A stretch of DNA of 58,497 nucleotides from an uncultured Clostridium sp. (GTDB lineage: Bacteria; Bacillota; Clostridia; TANB77; CAG-465). The notes under the pieces are model-generated. The model ran no database searches. It was not told the DNA's origin and was given only the letters and a program-made list of their open reading frames with translations. Position 1 is the first letter of the stretch; every line of letters starts with the position of its first letter. The stretch lies in contig CAJLBR010000001.1 in NCBI GenBank assembly GCA_905204915.1, forward strand, positions 1 to 58,497, written 5' to 3'. Below, one piece after another: positions 56,310 through 58,497 of the stretch. A program made the translations under genes and the position numbers.

Positions 56310-56419
56310 ATTATCACCTCTTTAGTTAGTATTTTTATATCTATTCTTATGATTTAATTATATAATTTTAATATCAATGTGTCAACATAAAATAGTAAGA
56401 AAAGAGAGGAAATTCCTCT

Positions 56420-56689
56420 CTAATCCTTCATGCTATCATATATATTACTTATAGTCTTTTTAAAAGTATTATCTTTATTCTCTTTTGGTTTAGTAACCTT
56501 TGTAACAGGCTTACTCTTTTGAGAGGGAGTAGCTGCTAAAACTACCCCCTTAAGCATAAACTTTCTTTCTAATAACATTCTTTCAAGTGCTTGACTGTTT
56601 GTAGAAAGTCCATTTTCCTCTTTATAAGCTTTTACATCGTCATACAAGTCTTTAGAGAGAGAATAACTAGTCGTTATCTTCTTCGCCAT
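56420..56689 (-). CDS. parR: ribbon-helix-helix centromere-binding adaptor (ParR-like)
   Basis: N-terminal RHH pattern KITTSYSLSKDLYDDVKAY...NSQALERMLLE. Overlaps the parM-like gene end. Confidence 0.5.
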   Translation of the reverse strand: MAKKITTSYSLSKDLYDDVKAYKEENGLSTNSQALERMLLERKFMLKGVVLAATPSQKSKPVTKVTKPKENKDNTFKKTISNIYDSMKD

Positions 56690-57620
56690 CTATCTCGCCT
56701 CCAAACTGCTCTGAACAGATGTAATAAAGTCCTTCGGCAGTAGCCATTTGAGGATTCTCTATCATCTTATATTTATTGTCAAAATTAAGTCTCATAGAAG
56801 TTCCTCCTGCTATTCTAATATCCATTTCATCTGTATTCTTCCAGATGTCAGAAATGTATTGATTAAGTTTTTCTGACATAAGTTCATAAGCAGATTCTTT
56901 CATTTCTTCTGTGGCTGGCTCTGTATCGAAGTCTATTTCAAAAGTTTCCTTAGAAAGATTCTTCTTCATAAGTCTATCTCTAACTATCTTTAATGCATCT
57001 TTATTTCCATATTCCAATGTAGAAGATAAACTATCTCTAAATCTGCCCCCTCTTTCAAAATAACTAAATTCAGAAGTATTAAAACCAACTGAAACAAGGC
57101 CAACATGATTATGCTCATTATCTATAAGCCCCTTGTATCTAAGTCCCATAAGAGCTGCATCTGCTTCTCTGAATATATTTATATTATTTACAGTAATTCT
57201 CTTGGTAGTATTATTTATAGCATCTTGTATTTCAAATGTTTTACCTTGATATTTATTTATTACCTTATACATCTCCGACTTTCTAAAGCTCTTATTAGGG
57301 ACTCCTAGCATGATAGAAACATTATCTTCAACTGCTGCTTGAAGAAGTCCTGTAACAAATAATAATTCGGCAGTTCTTGAAACCTTAGAATCATTATTAT
57401 TTCTGATTGGGGAATAACTTTCTTTTTCAGATAATTCTCCTACAAAATACTTTTTACTTTCATATCCTATACAGATAGGAGCTTCATATTTATCAAAATC
57501 TATATCTTCTGTTCTTCCATCTCCCACGATACTTTTGAATACAAATTCTTTAGGTTTGTTATTAATAACTGTAAATATCTTTACAAACCCTCTCCCAATA
57601 TCCATACCTATATATTGCAT
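56667..57620 (-). CDS. parM: actin-like segregation ATPase (ParM/Alp family)
   Basis: MQYIGMDIGRGFVK phosphate-1 motif, later VGFNTSEF and IRIAGGTS. Start moved to M14 after GGAGG. Confidence 0.65.
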   Translation of the reverse strand: MQYIGMDIGRGFVKIFTVINNKPKEFVFKSIVGDGRTEDIDFDKYEAPICIGYESKKYFVGELSEKESYSPIRNNNDSKVSRTAELLFVTGLLQAAVEDNVSIMLGVPNKSFRKSEMYKVINKYQGKTFEIQDAINNTTKRITVNNINIFREADAALMGLRYKGLIDNEHNHVGLVSVGFNTSEFSYFERGGRFRDSLSSTLEYGNKDALKIVRDRLMKKNLSKETFEIDFDTEPATEEMKESAYELMSEKLNQYISDIWKNTDEMDIRIAGGTSMRLNFDNKYKMIENPQMATAEGLYYICSEQFGGEIDGEEDND

Positions 57621-57690
57621 ATTATTACCTCCAATATGTTTTTTCTTTAATAGTAGCACATATAATTTTTATTTGCAATAATTTTTTGTT

Positions 57691-57816
57691 AATATATCGT
57701 TAATTTTTCATTAGTGTTTAAAAATATATTAATATATCATTGAGAAACAATTAATATCTTGTGAATATATCATTAACATTCCTGATGCACTATATTTTTC
57801 TGTGAATATATCATTA
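57691..57816. repeat. four iterons AATATATC(G/A)TT(A/G), candidate parC centromere
   Basis: Copies at 57691, 57731, 57764 and 57805, directly upstream of the parM-like gene. Confidence 0.6.
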
Positions 57817-58029
57817 GTAAACCATGAGTATATAACTGACACTCTCTATACAAGATTTAGAGCGTTTTGTTTTTCTTCCCTTTGTAATTTATCAATATTA
57901 TTATAATCAAACTCTTAGAATGGCTCTGACGGGGTTGTATAGTAAGTATGTAAACATTCTATTTTTCATATAGATTTTGCCGTCTTTAAATTATGAATTT
58001 TATAATATAATTTCTTGCATTTTTTATTT

Positions 58030-58182
58030 GGGGATTTGGGATTAGGAGGAGATGTGTGGGGTTTTATTGAGTGTTGGAGGGGTGATTTTGTAGTGTGTCT
58101 GCTGCGTGTCTGCTGTGTAAACAACTGTTGTCGCCTGCCTGAAATACTCGGAAAAAATTTCCTAAAACTGGGGGGTGGGGGG
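58030..58182. repeat. G-rich island with tandem GTGTCTGCTG x2
   Basis: Runs GGGG, GGG, GGGG, GGAGGGG and GGGGGGTGGGGGG on the plus strand. Tandem 10-mers at 58095-58104 and 58106-58115. Confidence 0.7.
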
Positions 58183-58275
58183 ATAAATTCTATATAATAA
58201 TTATATTATATCTACTATTTGAAAATAGGAGCATGATTTTTAAAAAAAGGCTACTGGGAGAGGTTCTAAAATTTT

Positions 58276-58412
58276 ACTTGCATTTTTTACGGTGAATAAT
58301 TGAAAAATTGCAATTGTTTATAAATTGCAAGCCCTTACATTTTTCCGTCAATTTACTTAAATTGTCTGACAATTTACTACAATTGCATAATCCCTCATTA
58401 AACTTGCAATTC
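58276..58412. promoter_or_regulatory. cluster of TTGCA(A/T) half-palindromes and AATTTACT repeats (operator/iteron candidate)
   Basis: ACTTGCA 58276, AAATTGCAATTG 58306, AAATTGCAAGCC 58322, CAATTGCATAAT 58380, AACTTGCAATTC 58401. CAATTTACT occurs twice. Confidence 0.45.
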
Positions 58413-58497
58413 GACTCCAAAGTTTCATTAATAAAAAAATATAATAATACTTAATAATTTATTTAAAAAATAATCCCTTTATTGTCTAAAATTCTAT

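Noticed and set aside
58015-58197. ORF of 60 aa (Gly/Cys/Trp-rich).
   Set aside because: It is a translation artefact of the G-rich island, has no RBS and is on the opposite strand to all genes.

Overview
AT-rich tailed-phage or plasmid-prophage segment, with essentially every gene on the minus strand. In transcription order (right to left): a parMRC-type partition locus and an early/regulatory block (about 46-57.7 kb); a tRNA island flanking a TROVE/vWA (Ro60-like) gene (42.2-45.9 kb); ClpP-like protease; a solo TnpB; terS; terL; portal; head genes; neck; major tail protein; chaperones; a very large tape measure gene; an IS607 element (tnpA+tnpB); Dit; tail lysin; fibre genes and a GH25 lysin. 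Two things stand out. (1) Seven apparent group I introns interrupt three essential structural genes: four in terL (leaving a 20-nt micro-exon), two in the tape measure gene and one in a neck-module gene. Six of them belong to one family and one carries a LAGLIDADG homing endonuclease. Splice junctions were derived by hand; they restore reading frames and conserved motifs. (2) The tRNA island holds seven copies of a roughly 23-nt motif (minus-strand consensus AAATRCACWYACAGCAATTWATT). Three copies lie inside tRNA-like genes as 42-55-nt insertions in the anticodon arm. The island also contains an anticodon-less tRNA-like gene, an acceptor/T-arm minihelix and a doubly pseudoknotted RNA, all next to the Ro60-like gene. 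All RNA folds, tRNA calls and domain calls were made by eye; no covariance-model or database search was possible. Short plus-strand ORFs in the track are treated as antisense artefacts.
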